Program-made: the position numbers and the translations under genes
Assembly (NCBI RefSeq): GCF_009914755.1
Contig: NC_060933.1
Strand: one strand, 5' to 3'
From: the human T2T-CHM13v2.0 reference genome, Homo sapiens
DNA: 64,000 bases
Shown here: positions 1-12,376 of the stretch, in pieces
Layout of the letters: each line of letters opens with the position of its first letter
Position numbering within the stretch: the stretch's first letter is position 1
The notes under the pieces: generated by a model
The model's database searches: none
What the model was told of the DNA's origin: nothing
The model's input: only the letters and a program-made list of their open reading frames with translations

Positions 1-1850
1 ATATGAATGTTGTTAAAGTGACAGTACTACTCAAAAGCAACCTACAGATTCAATGCAATCTCTATCAAAATACCTATGAACATTCTTCACAAAATTAAAA
101 AAAAATCCAAAGAGATTTTATGGAATCAAAAAGTATCCTGAATAGCCAAAGCCATCCTAAGCAAAAAGAACAAAGCTGGATGTATCATGCTACCAGACCT
201 CAGAATACACTACAAAACTGTAGTAACCAAAACATCATGGTATTGGCATAAAAACAGACACATAGACCTATGGAATAGAATAAAGAACCCAGAAAATCCA
301 CATATCTCAGCCAACGGATTTTTTACAAAGATGCCAAGAACACTCATTGGGGAAAGGATAGTCTCTTCAATAAATGGTGCTGGAAAAACTGGATATCCAT
401 ATGCAGAAGAATGAAACTAGACCTCTGCCTCTCACCCTATACAAAGATCAACTCAAAGTATCTCAAATACCCAAATATAAGACCCAAAATGGTAAAGCTA
501 CTAGAAGAAAACATAGGGGAGATCCTTCAGGACATTGCTCTGGGAAAATATTTTATGAATAAGGCATCAAAAGCACAGGCAACAAAAGAAAAAATAAACA
601 AATAGGATCACATCAAGCTAAAAATCTTCTGCACAGCAAAGGAAATAAGAAAGTGAGTGAAAAGACAACTTACAGAATGGGAGAAAGTATAAACTCATCT
701 GGCAGGAAATTAATATCAAGAATATACAAGGAATTCAAACATATCAACAGCAAAGAAGCACAACAATCTAATTAAATATAAACAAATGCTCTGAACAGAC
801 ATTTCTCAAAAGAAGACATACAAATGACCAACAAATATATGAAAAAATGTTCAACACCACTAATCAGCAAGGAAATGCTAATCAAAGCCACAGTGAGGCA
901 TCATCTTACTTCAGTTAGGATGGCTATTATAGAAGAGACAAAAATAACAAATGCTGACAAAGACGTGAAGAAAAGGGACTTTTTTTTTTGACAGAATCTC
1001 ACTCTCCGTCCAGGCTGGAGTGCAGTGGTGGTGTAATCTGGCTCCCTCTGCTTCTAGGGTTCAAATAGTTCTCCTCCCTCAGCCTCCTGAGTAGCTGGAG
1101 AAAAAGGAACTCTTATGCACTGTTGGTAGGAATGTAAATTAGAGCAGCCAGTATGGAGAACAGTATTGAAACACCTCAAGCAATCCCACTACTGGGAATT
1201 TATCCAAAGGAAAGAAAAGCATTATATTGCAGAGACATCTGCATCCCCATGTTTATTGCAACAGTGTTCACAATAGCCAAGATATGGAATCAACCTAGAT
1301 TTCCAACAACAGATGAATGGATTTTTAAAATACGGTATATATACACCAAGGAATGCTATTTAGCCATAAAAAAGAATAAATAAAACCCTGTCATTCTCAA
1401 CAACATGAATGGAACTGGAGGATATTATGTTAAGCAAAATAAGCCAGGAATAGAAATTTCAACACCACATGTTCTCACTCACGCAGAAGCTAAAGAAAAG
1501 TTGATCTCATAGAAGTAAAAAGTAGAACAGAGGATACTGCAGGCTGAAAAGGGTAGGGAGAAAGGAGGAATGGTAAGAGATTTGTTAATGGATACAAAAT
1601 TACAGCTAGGTAGGAGTAATAAGTTCTAGTGTTCTATAGTACTGTAGATGACTATAGTTAACAATACTATATTATGTAGTTTAAAATACCTAGGAGTAGT
1701 TTGAATGTTCCCAACACAAAGAAATAATAAATGTTTGAGATGATAGATATGCTAATTACCCTGATCTGATCACCATCTACATGTACTGAAACATCCCCAT
1801 ATAGCCATGAATATGTATAATCTTTGTCAATTTAAAAAGTAAAAAAAAAA
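1..1850 (+). mobile_element. LINE-1 3' portion (ORF2 C-terminus and 3' UTR, old L1MA/L1PB-like), degraded
   Basis: ORF fragments match L1 ORF2 ([57 protein letters not shown]); A-tail at 1841-1850. Confidence 0.92.
981..1098 (-). mobile_element. Alu fragment inserted in the L1
   Basis: poly-T then CAGGCTGGAGTGCAGTGG...CTCAGCCTCCTGAGTAGCTGG; flanks GAAAAGGGAC / AAAAAGGAAC resemble a target-site duplication. Confidence 0.85.
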
Positions 1851-1967
1851 ATTAATCTTGGAGAATGCATTTGAAGAACTTGTACTCAAGAAATCAACTT
1901 AAGAACCTGAGTCTCCTTGGAATTTGTGTTTTCTAGACCAGTACTTCTCCAAATTAAAGCAAATTTA

Positions 1968-2262
1968 GGCTGGGCATGGTGGCCCATGTCTATAATCTCA
2001 GCCTTTGGAAGGCCGAGGCAGACAGATCACTTGAGGTCAGGAGTTCGAGACCAGCTGACCCAACATTGTGAAACCCTGTCTCTACTAAAAATACAAAAAT
2101 TAGCCGGGCATGATGGCATGTGCCTGTAATCCCAGCTACTTTGGAGGCCGAGGCAAGATAATCGCTTGAACTGGAGAGGTGGAAGTTGCAGTGAGCCGAG
2201 ATTGCACCACTGCGCTCCAGCCTGGGCAACAGAGCAAGACTCTGTCTCAAAAAAAAAAAAAA
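1968..2262 (+). mobile_element. Full-length Alu (AluS-like)
   Basis: GGCTGGGCATGGTGGC start, dimeric body, A tail; target-site duplication AAAGC(A/G)AATTTA at 1956-1967 and 2263-2274. Confidence 0.95.
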
Positions 2263-2659
2263 AAAGCGAATTTAGTTCACTTTGGTATTGTGTCAAAATG
2301 TTGATTCTTTTAAAGTAAATCTAAAGAATTTAGATGTAGTTGAAGCTTGTCATCTGTTCTTAATTTTTTTAATAAAAATATAATATTTAGATTCAGAGTA
2401 AATCTAAAGTGAGACCTGAAGCTGCTCCCAGGTGATACTGATGCTGCTTATTTTTGCCCAGATTTTTAGTCACAAGGTTCTAAATTATCGTTTTGAAGTC
2501 CTACATGAGTAATCACTTGGGGAGCTCAATTAACACCCAGCAACAGACTAATTATTAATAAACCAGAATCTTCAGTATTAGGCTTCAATCATTGGCAATT
2601 TTTTTTTTTTGACACACAGTCTCCCACTGTCGCCCAGGCTGAAGTCCTGAGGCCAGAAT

Positions 2660-3720
2660 GAGACTAGGACATGGTTCCTTTGCCTAAGTAAACTGAGGCA
2701 GAAAATGGAATACTTCAGACTTCAAATTAGTATGGTAAGTGCTATGAAGAGTATGATTAGAGTTCATTATTTACCCAGAAAAGGGTCACTCAGCCCAGCC
2801 TGGGAGTTAGAGAAGGTTTCCTGAATTCTTGACATGTGAGTCGTGAAAGGACATAAGGAGTTAACCACGTGACAAAATAAGCTAAGAGAATTCTCAACAA
2901 AAGACAAAATATTGGCAAAGGCTTTTAGGCATATACTAGCTTAGTATTATTGGGAGAATGTAATGATTTTCTGTATTTCAAAAGTGTAAAATACAAAGTG
3001 GGCCATGATATGAGATAAACCAGTAAATATGTTCTGGGAACAGATCATAGAAGGGCGTGTATGCTGTCCTAAGGAGCTTAAACTTCAACTTCAGTTCATG
3101 GGAGCCAATGACAAGATCTGAGCAGGGGAAGGATGTGGCTAGAGGGGCATCTTAGACAGACAAGATCCTCTGTGGATTACACCTAGGCTAAGCAACGGGT
3201 TAAAGTTGTTGTCTTAAGACAATAGTCCAGGTAAAAGATAATAAAGTTTTAAATTAGGATGTTAGTAGGAATGAGGAAGAGGGATGGATTTCAGAAATAG
3301 TAAGGAAATGTATTAGCAGGACTTGATTAGTGATTGACTTGGGGAAGGAGGGGAAGATAGAGTTCAGGATGACTCCGAGACTGTCTGGTGTCGGTGGCTA
3401 ATAACTGAAGCTATTAATAGAGGTAGGAAATGCAGACCAAAAGCAGGCCCGGGGTGAGAGATGATAAATTTGAATTTTAACATGTTGAGTTTGGACATCC
3501 AGGATGAAATAATCACAAAACATTTAAATATACGAATCTGAAAAGGTAAGCATCATAAGCATATGAGCTATTGGTAAAATTCTGATACTTAATGAAGTCT
3601 CACAGGGAGGCAGTACAGAGGCAAGCAATGGGCTGGGGATAAAACATAGGGAAATATTATTTAAATAAAGATGAAAGAAAAGGAGCCCACAAAGGAAGCT
3701 GAAAAGGCATAGTCAAAAAA
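2660..3720. mobile_element. Degraded L2-like fragments
   Basis: purine-rich L2-like phrases (GATGACTCC, CATGTTGAGTTTG); recognised by eye only. Confidence 0.45.
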
Positions 3721-4002
3721 AGAGGCTTGCCAAATGCCACCTTTGAAGCTCTGCTGTTACACTTTATAAGGAAACTTTTGGTTACCTGGGATTGCATGCA
3801 TTTATAAAAGTTTCTATTATTAGGAAGACAATAATAATGATAAGGCTCTTTCTCATTGTTGTCAGTGTAATTTATCTATTTAATTATAGAACCTAGTTCC
3901 AGGATGCTTAATCTGAAGTATATACTTGGGGCAAAATGAATTATATCTTAATAATAATCTGGAATTTTTATCTCTAACTTGACATATTTTAATTCTTGCT
4001 AG

Positions 4003-4104
4003 ATTTTCAAAATGTCATACCTTGAACCACCGCCAGATGGCTATGAGAATGTTACAAATACTGTGTCACCATATAATGCTTTCTCAGCCCAAGGCATGCC
4101 AGAG
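4003..4104 (+). pseudogene. Isolated NAALAD2-like (glutamate carboxypeptidase II/III family) exon; duplicated gene fragment
   Basis: 102-nt AG..GT-bounded open exon translating [34 protein letters not shown], matching the NAALAD2/FOLH1 motif EPPPxGYENV..PP(Y/F)xAFSxQGMPE; neighbouring exons not seen. Confidence 0.85.
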
Positions 4105-4414
4105 GTAAAATAAAATACATTTGTAACCCAAGTCTTTAAATGGTTCTTTTGCTATATAAAACCTGTATAGAGGACTAAAACCAAGGAAATTAGGTGAATC
4201 ATTCATGCGGATTCATTGTTTGATATTCAGTGCTATGAAAACCTCATCCCTCAAATTTAAAAAATTATAATAAAATAGAAAACAACACCAGACAGAGAAA
4301 AAAGAAACAAAACAAATACATTAAAAACTGACCCTGCTGAAGCAGATGACACTCTTCGAAATAACAAAGAAACTGCTGAACACACCTTTAATTCAGTGAG
4401 GCAGTAGGTGTTTT

Positions 4415-4724
<310 letters not shown>

Positions 4725-5253
4725 GTTAAAAAGGGAAACTTCCTATTTGCCCTCTGAAGGTTTGCAGAAAATGAATGGACAAAACATAAATTAATAGAAG
4801 AAAGAGGCAAAAAAAAATTCTGTAAAATGTAGGGGAAAAATCACAGGGTCTCACTCAGTTGCCCAGCATGAAGTGCAGTGGTGTGATCATGGCTCCTTGC
4901 AACCTTGAATTCTCAAGCACAAGTGATTCTCCCCTCTAAGCCTATGGAGTAGCTGGGATCACAGGGGCATGCCACCATGCCCACATACATAGGTATTTGC
5001 TGGAGAGGAGATGGAGACTCTCTGTCCTGGATGTGAGACAGGTGGCTGGCATCTGGGTAAGGATGACATTCCCTCATTGCTAAAGAGTAAAAGAGAAAAG
5101 TGTCATGGATAGTGCAAGCAGGGACATGCCCTGACCTAGTGAGGTCCAGAGGCTTATATTGTCCTTCATAGGGGAGTGGGAAGAAGCGAGTGTAGGCAAC
5201 CCAGGGGAAATAAATGACCTAAAATAAAAGAAATAGATCATCAGAAGTGTAGA

Positions 5254-8200
5254 TGTATTAGTCAGGGTTCTCTAGACTGACAGAATTAAAGGACTATATA
5301 CATATATATATGAAGGGGAGTGAGATGGTTAATAATGAGTGTCAACTTGATAGGATTGAGGGATATGAAGTATTGATCCAGGGTGTGTCTGTGAGAGTGT
5401 TGCCAAAAGAGATTAACATTTGAGTCAGTGGGCTGGGGAAGGCAGACCCACCCTTAATCTGGTGGGCACAATCTAATCTGCTGCCAGCAAATATAAAGCA
5501 GGCAGAAAAATTTGAAAAGGAGAGACTGGCCTAGCTTCCCAGCCTACATCTTTCTCCCATGCTGGTTTCTTCCTGCCCTCAAACATTGGACCCCATGGCT
5601 CTCCTTTCTCATCAGTTTGCAGACAGCCCATTGTGTAACTTATGATCCTGTAAGTTAATAAACTCCCCTTTATAAATAAATATATATGTGTGTGTGTGTG
5701 TGTGCATATATATGTATGTGTGTGCGTATGTATATATATATGTATATATCCTGTTAGTTCTGTCCCTCTAGATGTCACTGGCTAATACAGGAAGTTTATT
5801 AAGTATTAACTCACACAATCACCAAGTCTCACAATAGGCCATCTGCTGGATGAGGAGCAAAAAGAGCCAGCCAGAGTTCCAAAACTGAAGAACTTGGAGT
5901 CCATGTTCGAGGGCAAGAAGCATCCAGCATGGGAGAAAGATGTAGGCTGGGAGGTGAGGCCCGTCTCTTTTCACATTTTTCTGCCTGCTTATAGTATGGC
6001 TGGGTTGGCAGCTGATTGGATTGTGCCCACAAAGATTAAGGGTGGGTCTGCCTTTCCCAGCCCACTGACTCACATGTTAATTTTTTTTGGCAACACCCTC
6101 ACAGACACACCCAGGATGAATACTTTACATCCTTCAATCCAATCAAGTTGACACTCGTTATTAACCATCACAAGCCCACCCCTTGTGAACTTGAACCCAC
6201 ACACATCTCCTGAGATCATACATAATCTTAAAATACAGACAATAGTAAGGTCATAATTACCCCTAACATAATAAACTATCCTTCCTACAACTGGAAATGC
6301 ACCCATCCCCAACCCAAATACTCTTACATAAAGTAAACAATACTTAAATGCTGATATGAGGTCAGCAAATCTATGTCACCTGATAAAGAAAAGGGAAATG
6401 AAATGAAGATATTTTCTTAGTACAAGTGCATACATGCACAAACATGTTTCTAACAAAAGAAGGAAATACTCATGATAGTTCCAGTCCTCATTTCTGCAGC
6501 TGGTCAGGTGGTTGTAGCTGGTATTGATAACTACTTTCTTCCACTATTCATTCTGTATTCCCTTTGCCTTCAGCAAGCACCTCAGAAGGTCGTGACCCGG
6601 AGAGGATCTGGACCGTTTGTAGTCCTACCTGGATTGGGTATAGTTTCCCATTTACCTTAATCAGAGTGCATGATAATACCAAGAGACGCCCTAATGGATC
6701 TCCTATATTCCATGCATACTCTTCCTCACTTCCATTGTGGAGTAGCGGACTGACTTCATCTTGATAGTCTGGGTCAATCACTGCCACCAACACTGTAACT
6801 CCATTCTTAGCTTGTTGACTTAAAGGTAGGAGGACCCCAAAGCATCCAAGTGGCCATCTTAACTTCCAGTTTAATGGAATCGTTATTGTGTCTCCTGGTA
6901 GCAGCGTTCTTCCCTCTGGAGTTAAGATGACTAGTAAAGCAGAACCTAATGTCGTGGGAACAGAAAGCAAACATTTTGCTAGTGCATCATAGTGAGTGGT
7001 TCCACTTTCACATCCACCCCTTGAATCCTGGATCTGTGAATCCTGGCTATGGGAGAAACAATACCATACATTGGGCGCTGATTCAGAGCACACATGGTCT
7101 TCTGGAGTATGGTGCCCCGGCCCGGCAAAGTATTGCAACCTAGTTGATGTTGTAATCGCGACCTCAAAAGGCCGTCCCACCATTCTATCAATCCAGCTGC
7201 TTCAGGAAGATGGGGAATATGGTAAGACCAGTGAATTCCGTGAGCATGAGCCCACTGCCTCACTTCTTTACCTGTAAAGTGAGTGCTTGGTCAAAGGTAA
7301 TGCTGTGTGGAATACCGTGATAGTGGATAAGGCATTCCTTGAGTCCATAAATGGTAGTCTTGGCAGAAGCATTGCATGCAGGTAGGCAAACCCATATCCT
7401 GAGTAAGTGCCTGTTCCAATGAGGACAAACCTCTCTCCTTTCCATGGTGGAAGAGTTCCAATATGATCAACCTGCTACCGGGTAGCTGGTCGATCACCCC
7501 AGGAAATGATGCCATACAAAGGGTTCACTGTTAGTCTCTGCTGCTGCTGCTGGCAAATTGGGCACTCAGCAGTGGCCACAGACAGTTCAGCCTTGGTGAG
7601 TGGAAGTCCACATTGCTGAATCCATGCATAACCTCCATCCCTGCCACCATGGCCACTATGTTCATGGGCTTATTGGACAATGACAGGGGTGTCTGAGGAA
7701 AGAGGCTGAGTGGTATCCACAGAACGGGTCATCTTATCCACTTGATTATCAAAATCCTCCTCTGCTGAAGTCACTTGTTGGTCAACACTCACACAGGGTA
7801 CAAATATCTTCAGTTTTTGACCACTCAGAGAGGTCCATCTACATACTCTTTCTCCAAGTTTCTTTGTCACCAATTTTCCAATCATGCTTCTTCCAAGTCC
7901 CTGACCATCCAGCCAAACCATTGGCTACAGCCCATGAATCAGTATATAACCGCACATCTGGAAATTTCTCCTTCCATGCAAAGTGCACAATCAGGTGCAC
8001 TGCTCAATGTTCTGCCCACTGGGAAGATTGTCCTTCACCACTGTCCTTCAGGGATGTCCTAGAAAGGGGCTGTAGTGCTTCAGCTGTCCACTTTTGGGCA
8101 GTACCTGCCTATTGTGGAGAACCATCTGTGAACCAGGCCCTAGTCCTCCCTTCCTGTGTCAACTGCTCAAAGGCAAGTCCCCATGAGGTCATCAGTGCAG

Positions 8201-9805
8201 GCCATGGGAGAGAAGGCAGGGTGGCAAGAGTAGAGACCGTGGGCATTTGAGCCACTTCCTCATGTAACTTACTTGTGCCCCCCAGGACCTGCTTGAGCCC
8301 AATCACTTATACACCATTTCCATTTGATGATGGAATGCTGCTGTGCATGACCCACTTTATGGCTACATGAGTCAGAAAGCACCCAGTTCACGATAGGCAG
8401 TTCAGGTCGCATGGTGACTTGTTGACTCATAGTCAAATGTTCAGTTTCCACAAAAGCCCAGTATAGGACAAGAGCTGTCTCTCAAAAGGAGAGTAGTTAA
8501 CTGGAGAAGATGACCGGTCCTTGCTGCAAAATACTAGAGGCCTCCACCATGATTCACCTATGGAGGCTTGCCAAAGCCTCAAAGCAGCATTCCTATCTGC
8601 CATGGACACCTCAGGGGGACCCAGCCTCCCCTTCATTCAAGGGGTTCTGGGTCTGTAAACTGGCTCAAGGCTGGAAATTGATTGAGGGGCCATGAATCTC
8701 TGTTTTTATGATTCCAGTTAGTCTTTTATCTGTTTGACCTTAAGTTTCCTCCTTACATAAATTAAGTAGGAATGCATTAGTCTTCCTGTCAGTTTCACTT
8801 CCAGGAACACTGTGATTAGTTAGCCAATGCCAGAGCTCTACGTGAGTCAGACTGTTCAGATTGCTGCTTTGTCTTTTCTGCCCATTACGGTAGCTACGCC
8901 CACCGTGCCTTTGAGGGTTGAGTGCTACCACTTGGCCCCTGCCACTTCAGGATCCAATTATTCCAAATTGTATTTAACTTTTGTAACTGAGTGACTGCAG
9001 TTCTCACCATTAGATCTGACATACAGAGAAGAGCCTTTACAGGGCTCTTCAAAGATCCAGGTGCTGTCCTCACAAATCTATTTTGCAAGGTGTTTGTCAA
9101 GGGTATTAGGTACAGAGTCACTAAACTCCTTGCCTCTCATGAGCGATGATTCATTAGTGTCAAATGAATTTGTTTTGCATAGCTCTTTAAACCTTTCATG
9201 CCAAGAACTGTCAATATTCTCTACACTATTAAAAGTAGAGTCCTTAGCATTTTGGGATCTAATCATATTTAGCAGCCAAATCCAGAAACCCCAAAACCAA
9301 CAAAAGAACTCCAGCCTTAATATTCTGATCCTGCAGAACCATTCCTGGTACCAAAATCTGTATTAATGAGGGTTCTCTAGAGGGACAGAACTAATAAGTT
9401 CAATATATATATATATATATGGGTTTATTACATATTAACTTACAGGATCACAAGGTCCCACAGTAGGCTGTCTGCAGGCATGAGGAGTGAGGAGTAAGGA
9501 GAGCTAGCTCGAGCCTCAAAACTAAAGAACTTGGAGTCCGATGTTCAAGGGTAGGAAGCATCCAGCACGGGAGAGAGATGTAGGCTGGGAGGCTGGGCCA
9601 GACTCAATTTTTCACTTTTTTCTGCCTGCTTTATATTCACTGGCAGCTGATTAAATGGTGCCCATAGATTAAGTAGGGGGTCTGCCTTCCCCAGACTACT
9701 GACTCAAATATTAATCTCCTTTGGCAACACCCTCACAGACACACCCAGGAGCAATGCTTACATCCTTCAATGTAATCAAGTTGACAATCAGTATTAACTA
9801 TCACA
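5254..9805 (-). mobile_element. HERV-L provirus with MLT2 LTRs, internally deleted
   Basis: LTRs 5254-6172 (interrupted) and 9359-9805; primer-binding site TGGTACCAGGAATGGTTC at 9336-9353; polypurine tract next to 6173; remnants of RNase H (WFTDGS), integrase (HGIPHSITFDQ, GIHWSYHIPH) and dUTPase (LLPGDTITIPLNWKL..VIDPDYQ); no RT core seen. Confidence 0.92.
5321..5789 (+). mobile_element. Solo MLT2A-type LTR nested antisense in the HERV-L 3' LTR
   Basis: TGAGATGGTTAATAATGAGTGTCAACTTG ... CTAATACA termini; 5-bp flanks GGGAG / GGAAG. Confidence 0.9.
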
Positions 9806-10763
9806 GGATTACAGACCTGAGCCATCACACACAGTGTTATTGTATATTTCATACAATATAAAATATTCCTGATTTTCCCATTTTATCTGTGACTTAATAA
9901 AGTTTTTCAGCTATGACCCCAAACTGGTAATACTTGAAAGCACATTCAAATGTATTTTGCAACAATTCATAACTGGCAAAATGTTGAGCCTTGTGGAAAG
10001 AGTCACCTTACTTCCCCGTCAGCTGTCAATTCCCCATCATTACTATCACTTCCGGGAGCACATTTTCCAAAACTCCTTTTCTCTCTATGGTTTCTTTAGA
10101 GTTGCTCCATGAGGTTACAATAAGTTACAACTAATTACTGTCATGAGATTGGGAAGTCAGAGTGGTGGATTCATGTACACTGACACCTGAAGTAAAACAC
10201 ATGCAGTTAGGTGTGGACTGGAGAATCACCTGGAGATGTGCTGCAGGCAGCTGAGAGCATCAGCACCCCCAGCCCTGGGCTTCCCAGACAGGACTGAGGA
10301 TCATCACACGGTGTTCAGCACATACCACCAGGGGCAGGTGCATCCTGGCTTCTGAAGTAGCACCTGAGAATCCCCTGTGTCTAGTACCTGCTTCATGAAT
10401 AACACTCCATAGGCTTCGGAAAGACTGTGGTTTAGACTCTAATTTATTCAACTTGAATAATTTCTCCTTGAAATACTGAGAATAGCTTCTCTTTTGCTGT
10501 ACAAATTCCGATTATCCCATAACACAGACTCCTCAGCTGGACTTATCTCTCTTCTTTATTCAGTCAGGACAGGCATTGTCACGTCTTTTCTGCTGGGGAT
10601 GAGGGCGAAAGAGGCTTAGGGTTCAGAGGAACCTCCCTGGCCTCCTCTAGGAAAATCTCCCGATGACTTTCCAAACCTGACTGAGTTTGAGAACTTCCCT
10701 CAGCAGATAGAGGCACCAGAAGGAGCATTGGGGCAGCCCAGCCTCACACATCTGCTTCCTTGG

Positions 10764-10791
10764 GGTTTATGTTATGACTTGTAACACTGTG
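10764..10791 (-). promoter_or_regulatory. 12-bp-spacer V(D)J recombination signal sequence
   Basis: CACAGTG-ttacaagtcata-ACATAAACC directly 3' of the V exon. Confidence 0.95.
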
Positions 10792-11277
10792 GGAGGGTTA
10801 CTGTCACTCTGTTGACAGTAATAGGTTGCAAAATCTTCAGGCTGCAGGCTGCTGATGGTGAGAGTGTAATCTGTCCCAGATCCACTGTCACTGAACCGAG
10901 AGGGAATCCCACTTTGCAGACTGGATGCAGCATAGATCAGGAGCTTAGGAGTTTTCCTTGGTTTCTGCTGATACCAATTTAAATTATTGCTAATGCCCTG
11001 ACTCGCCCGGCAAGTGATGGTGACTCTGCCTCCTACAGATGCAGACAGGGAGGATGGAGACTGGGTCATCTGGATGTCACATCTGACACCTGAAGTTAGA
11101 AACATAAAAACAAATATTCTTGCAATTAATCATGTTATCAGAGGACTTCCCTGAAGTTCCAGACAGTACTGAGCACACTGACCGAGTATAATCCTAGTGT
11201 TCTCCTTCCTTACCTGGCAGCCAGAGCCCCAGGAGCCCCAGGAGCCCCAGGAGCTGAGTGGGGGCCCTCACGTCCGT
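10792..11277 (-). pseudogene. Immunoglobulin kappa variable subgroup 1 orphon (IGKV1OR family); leader exon 11214-11277, V exon 10792-11089
   Basis: [16 protein letters not shown]...WYQQKP...YYCQQ is open; GT/AG intron of 124 nt; leader reads ACG GAC GTG instead of ATG GAC ATG; non-IGK neighbours imply an orphon; exact orphon number not determinable. Confidence 0.95.
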
Positions 11278-11321
11278 GCTGTGTCCTGACTGGGGCTGAC
11301 TCCTGCACCGGGTGTGGCCAG

Positions 11322-11405
11322 CCTATAAGAAGTCTTCAGGGCAGGGGGCTGTGCTCTAGGAACAGGCAAATCAGCAGGGGATGGGGCAGGCTGAGCACAG
11401 CTGCA
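11322..11405 (-). promoter_or_regulatory. V-kappa promoter with mutated octamer
   Basis: pentadecamer TGCAGCTGTGCTCAG at 11391-11405; octamer ATTTGCCT (consensus ATTTGCAT) at 11364-11371; TATA-like TTATA near 11324-11328. Confidence 0.85.
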
Positions 11406-12376
11406 GGGCTGGCTCATCTCAGTAACTCAGCACACGGGCGCAGTATCCCCAGAGTCCCAGGTCAGACCAGGGCAGCACAGATTTACCTTGAAAGAGTACA
11501 CTTCTCATTGGTGGCCATATGGTTACAGAACATATTTTTGGAGTGAATTTTCAAAATTTTTAATCAACCTAAGACTAGATTAAATAATATATTTATACTT
11601 GTATTAAGAGTGTATAGGAAAGCATCATTTTTGGCAGAAAATTTACAATAAAGTTATAGAGTGTGGGGCTGTCAGAAATTTCAGTTAGTCTCAAAGGAAT
11701 TTGATGAGTGTAAAAGTATTTAGTGCTATAATAACAATGTCTCTGTCAGTGTGAAATTGCTTCTTTTTTGAAATGAATATAAAAAGAATTTATCAGAAGC
11801 ATCTTTAATAAATTCAATAGAATTTACTAACAAACTTAAGACATTGTTCCTAGGAGTAAAAGGAAAAACAATTCTCTGAAGATGCACAAAGATGATAATG
11901 TGTCACGCATAGATCTGCCATTATCCAGAGCTATGGGTCTCTTTAAGACCTAGGGGCTAAATGGGCTGCACCTTATTCTTGGCGTGATGATCCCCATATT
12001 CTATCCCCTTTCCTGCCTTTGGTATAATTTCTTATGTTTCTCCAGCATGGAGAGCTGACTAGTAATACCAGGTCTCATTATTTCAAAATCTCTGTTTCAC
12101 TCGCGGACTATAGGAGCCAGGATTAAAATCAACTTGAAGCCCTCTATCAATCTAGGCTCAAATAATCAATTGTTTCAAAGTAGGATGACAAAGGCCACAT
12201 CCCCTGAGTAATGCTCTGAGCTGCGCTCCCCACCAGCCTGTTCCTGGGGTCTCAGGAGCATCTGCCCTAGAGTCTGGCTTTCTGGAGAGCAGGTGAGGGG
12301 GGAAAAGCCAGGTCAGTGAACCTCTCTGCTTAGCGAGGACAGCTGCTGCCCAATGCATGTTCTTGCCATGCACCAG

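Noticed and set aside
10767-11105. 112-aa ORF as a functional kappa chain gene
   Set aside because: It starts at an intronic ATG and runs through the RSS; true leader starts are mutated and no J or C segment is present
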